Shown: piece after piece, positions 60,770-64,000 of the stretch
Position numbering within the stretch: the stretch's first letter is position 1
Layout: every line of letters starts with the position of its first letter
From: Paraspadella gotoi
Taxonomy: Eukaryota; Animalia; Chaetognatha
DNA: 64,000 bases
Assembly (NCBI GenBank): GCA_051294375.1
Contig: CM119268.1
Span: 23,327,502-23,391,501, forward strand
Direction: 5' to 3'
The notes under the pieces: generated by a model
The model's database searches: none
Told to the model about the DNA's origin: nothing
Seen by the model: only the letters and a program-made list of their open reading frames with translations
Translations under genes and position numbers: made by a program

Positions 60770-63027
60770 AAAAACTCCTCATGCGAAATAGAAGTGGCTG
60801 ATTACCCATCAACAATTGAAGTGGCTGGTTACCCATCAACAATTAAAGTGGCTGATTACCCATTAACAATTGAAGTAGCTGGTTACCCATCAACAATTGA
60901 AGTGGCTGGTTATCCATCAACAAATGAAGTGGCTGCTTACCCTTCAACAATTGAAGTGGCTGGTTACCCAACAACAATTGAAACAGAGATGGATCTTAAG
61001 TCAACCTTTTCTACTCAGCAAACTATTTATTCACGAGTTTCTATGTCCACACATCGAATGTCCACACCCACACATCAAATGACGTCGCCCACACACCGAG
61101 TATCCACAGACACAAATCAAGTGTCCATGCCCTCACNNNNNNNNNNNNNNNNNNNNNNNNNNNNNNNNNNNNNNNNNNNNNNNNNNNNNNNNNNNNNNNN
61201 NNNNNNNNNNNNNNNNNNNNNNNNNNNNNNNNNNNNNNNNNNNNNNNNNNNNNNNNNNACCAATCAAGTGTCCACACTCACACGTCAAAAGTTCAAAAAC
61301 ACACATCGAGAATACACATCGACTGATTCCACATCCAGTCTCCAGCAGTTAAGGTTTACTTCAATCACTTCCTTTGATCTTTCGAAAACATTTGACCNNN
61401 NNNNNNNNNNNNNNNNNNNNNNACTTTTATTTTGAATACACAACCTTACAAAAGTGGACTTTTCCTTACAAACGCTGGACCCCAACTAACACTAATTTCA
61501 TTAACCAACAGTTATGATGTGGGTCAAAGCGGCTACTTAATCGACTGACCAACTTTCTTTGAACCTTCTGCTAATTAAGTCAACTGCACCAACACATGCC
61601 CAATATTCTCACGCCATCATTGAGATTAGCGCATCATGACCACAATTTCACCATGAGTAGTCCTACTTCTGTGATCCCGGTTACAACATTTCTTGATCAT
61701 AACTTACCACAACGTCTCATTTGAATCACATTTCAAAATCTTCTAATCTTGGAATCTACTTCCGCCTAAATTACAACGAACATCCAATTGATTAATCACG
61801 AGTCTTTATGGCAGTACTACTCCCACTTGCCCTGGGTCCAGTAGCAACTGCTTCAAATATATCACAAAAGTATGGAATCTGAGTTTAATCATAACTTTGA
61901 TGAAATCTACTCACATAGTTCAGGAAAGACCGGTCTACACTCACTTACAAACAAGGCCTAATGACAACTTCTATTGTAAATGCAATTTTCAGATTGATAT
62001 AAATGATTACAATGATTATTACCCTACCTGCCTGTGTAGCAAACAGACTTGCCTTAATGAAACAAGACGTGAACATTATTTAAATCCACTTTACAATTTG
62101 AGTGAAAAAACACAACCTTCTCTGTTCTATAACACAAACAATTAGTTTTAATTCAATGTCAACATCTGTTGATTGTCATCCTTTTATCACGATACTGATG
62201 TCATCTGCGACAGCTCTCGACTCGATCATCAACTTTATTTGATTTATTTTACTGCATTTTCTTAATTCTGGATCAACGGCATCATTAGATTATACTTATG
62301 AATCTTTATCAGCTCGTTTTCTTAAAATCATTCACCCCTTAATATGAGCTGCAACCAACATTCTTCTTGCACAACTCGCAGATTCCCAAGAATACTACTT
62401 TCCTTTCAACAAAAGACTATCCAATTTTGAACAGTTTAAGTACTTCATTCCATTTGGTTCCTAATTCAGATCAATTAAAAGTGAACTGCCTTTCATATTT
62501 CTCTCCAGCAATCGTCAAACTGTATTTAAATCCCCTACAATCACAACTCCTATTAATATGAATATAAATTACAGACAACACTAAATTTTGTGACACAACC
62601 ACTCCTATGGAATATGAATTACAGACGAACATTCTTTTGAATATGACATATGTTGAATTATAAATATCAATATGCACACCAGCACTCCAACAATTATGTT
62701 CAAAAAGTTTTTAAACTTCAATTGATTCACCAACATTTCTATTATGAAGTGTCACACACTCAAATCAATCACCAAAAAATAGTTTAGCTTCACCCTCACC
62801 TTCTCTTTCTTCTTCATCCTCACCTTCCTGTATAAACTGCTGGTTTTATTGGAAGAAAGAGATACAGTAGTCGCTTGGACCAAAGCCCGGACCCATTGTG
62901 CGAAGCGCGTGGCGCTTTATTAAATCTCACTGAAGGTCACAGCTATCCCAAGCCTGATTTATCCATGTGGGTTGAATTCACTCAATGGCTATTGGATTGC
63001 GGCAAAAGAAAATCTTGGAGAATTACG
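60770..63027 (+). CDS. Lectin gene 2, long exon: Ser/Thr-rich repeat stalk plus N-terminal half of the CTLD (frameshifted by noisy sequence after ~61400; may hide introns)
   Basis: CACAG|AAA AAC TCC is in frame with ORF 60794; (IEVAGYPST)x7 and 7-aa THxxSTx repeats; Cys-containing segment ~61970-62055; WTKARTHC/EARGALLNL (~62876) and NGYWIAAK (~62984); donor CG|GTTAGT. Confidence 0.65.
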
Positions 63028-63204
63028 GTTAGTAGACGAAGAAAAAATTTTCAGAAAAAAAATTAGTAAAATTGAAATTAATCTTGGATACATGAACTAA
63101 GTAGGTTTTACTTAGGTTATATTATCAACTTGTTTATCAATATTTTTTATCATATTCGTTTATCAATCATGCTGCTACAAAATAAGTCAGACTTTATCTT
63201 CCAG

Positions 63205-63365
63205 TTTCGGAATGGATCATTAATGGCACTTTCCCATTGAAATCATCAATGATATAAATGAATCTAAAGCAGCGATTGTTCTCCTTTATCAGGAATAAAG
63301 AAGTTGGAGTTGATCGACTGCGCTCAGGACATGGTTACATTTGTCAGAAATGGATTGATAAGTAA
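63205..63365 (+). CDS. Lectin gene 2, probable terminal exon (C-terminal half of the CTLD)
   Basis: Acceptor TTTATCTTCCAG|; fragments EWIINGT, SDC, LIDC and GHGYICQKWIDK-stop across 1-nt indels. Confidence 0.6.
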
Positions 63366-64000
63366 CCGTTCTCTGCAGAGAAAAACACAAACACTGACAA
63401 TAATCAGGGCTAAAGACTCTAAAAAAGGCACGATTGTAAATGATCTTCTAACAAGTGTGAAAAAAACTTTAATATTTTTATTTCATTTATATAACTATCG
63501 TTACCAAATTGTACATTACAGCTTAAAACATTATTTGCATAAATTGTAGTGTTGTTCCAAATCTCCTTAGAAAAATCAACAGGTCATGTCTGCTTTTCAT
63601 TTTGAAGATTTGTGTTTGCATTGGAATGCTCTGTGCCTGACAGGCTGGAGCAATAGTTGCAACTGTGCTCCACTTAAAATTTAGATGATAAGGCCTGGAA
63701 AAAAACAAGTTTGACGCCAATACAATGTCGGATCCTGCGCCACGATCATTATTGGTTTAATTAATATAATTAATTAATAACTTAATTAATCCAAGTTAAA
63801 TTAATTATTTTTTTAATTAATAATTTATTTATTACAAGGTTAATTATTTATAATTAGTGCAATTAATTATAATTTGTCTAAATGTTCTGTTTTTTATTGA
63901 TTAATTGAGCTGATTAATTAATTATTGATTTAATTAATTGATCTAATTGATTAAATTAACTGATTTATTATTTGATTAATTAAATACATCTTGCATTTAC

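Noticed and set aside
53778-63365. Calling the lectin genes pseudogenes because of frameshifts
   Set aside because: The indels fall in homopolymers or noisy gap-fill, and copy A exons 1-2 are intact with compatible splice phases.

Overview
AT-rich, repeat-dense metazoan (invertebrate-type) nuclear DNA from a draft assembly. Parts were gap-filled with uncorrected long reads: six gaps are exactly 25 N, and several have re-sequenced, indel-ridden flanks. Almost all ORFs in the supplied track are translations of microsatellites. Supported genes: two tandem, same-strand, spliced, secreted C-type lectin paralogues that share a PFYFQQLH motif right after the signal peptide. One is short with an EPN-type domain (53778-55141; exons 1-2 also present at 42845-43241). 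The other has a long Ser/Thr repeat stalk (60524-63365). The most interesting signal is a cluster of tRNA-linked retroelements: (i) two families of ~250-285 bp TG...CA solo-LTR-like elements that carry tRNA-like A/B-box modules, one with exact 4-bp TSDs (Helenus-type TRIM architecture); (ii) a ~3.3-kb non-autonomous LTR element with ATAT TSD, PPT, non-canonical termini and a ~45-nt tRNA-Leu primer tract, whose empty site is also in the window; (iii) a CCA-bearing tRNA-Lys 3' fragment sitting between ~55-bp direct repeats. The window also holds Helentron/HINE-like elements carrying variants of one 18-bp satellite, a ~16-kb CAT/CGT/CTT array (probably over-represented), and an ~11-kb block present twice with reciprocal insertions (probably two alleles). 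All alignments were done by eye, so boundaries in noisy regions are approximate.
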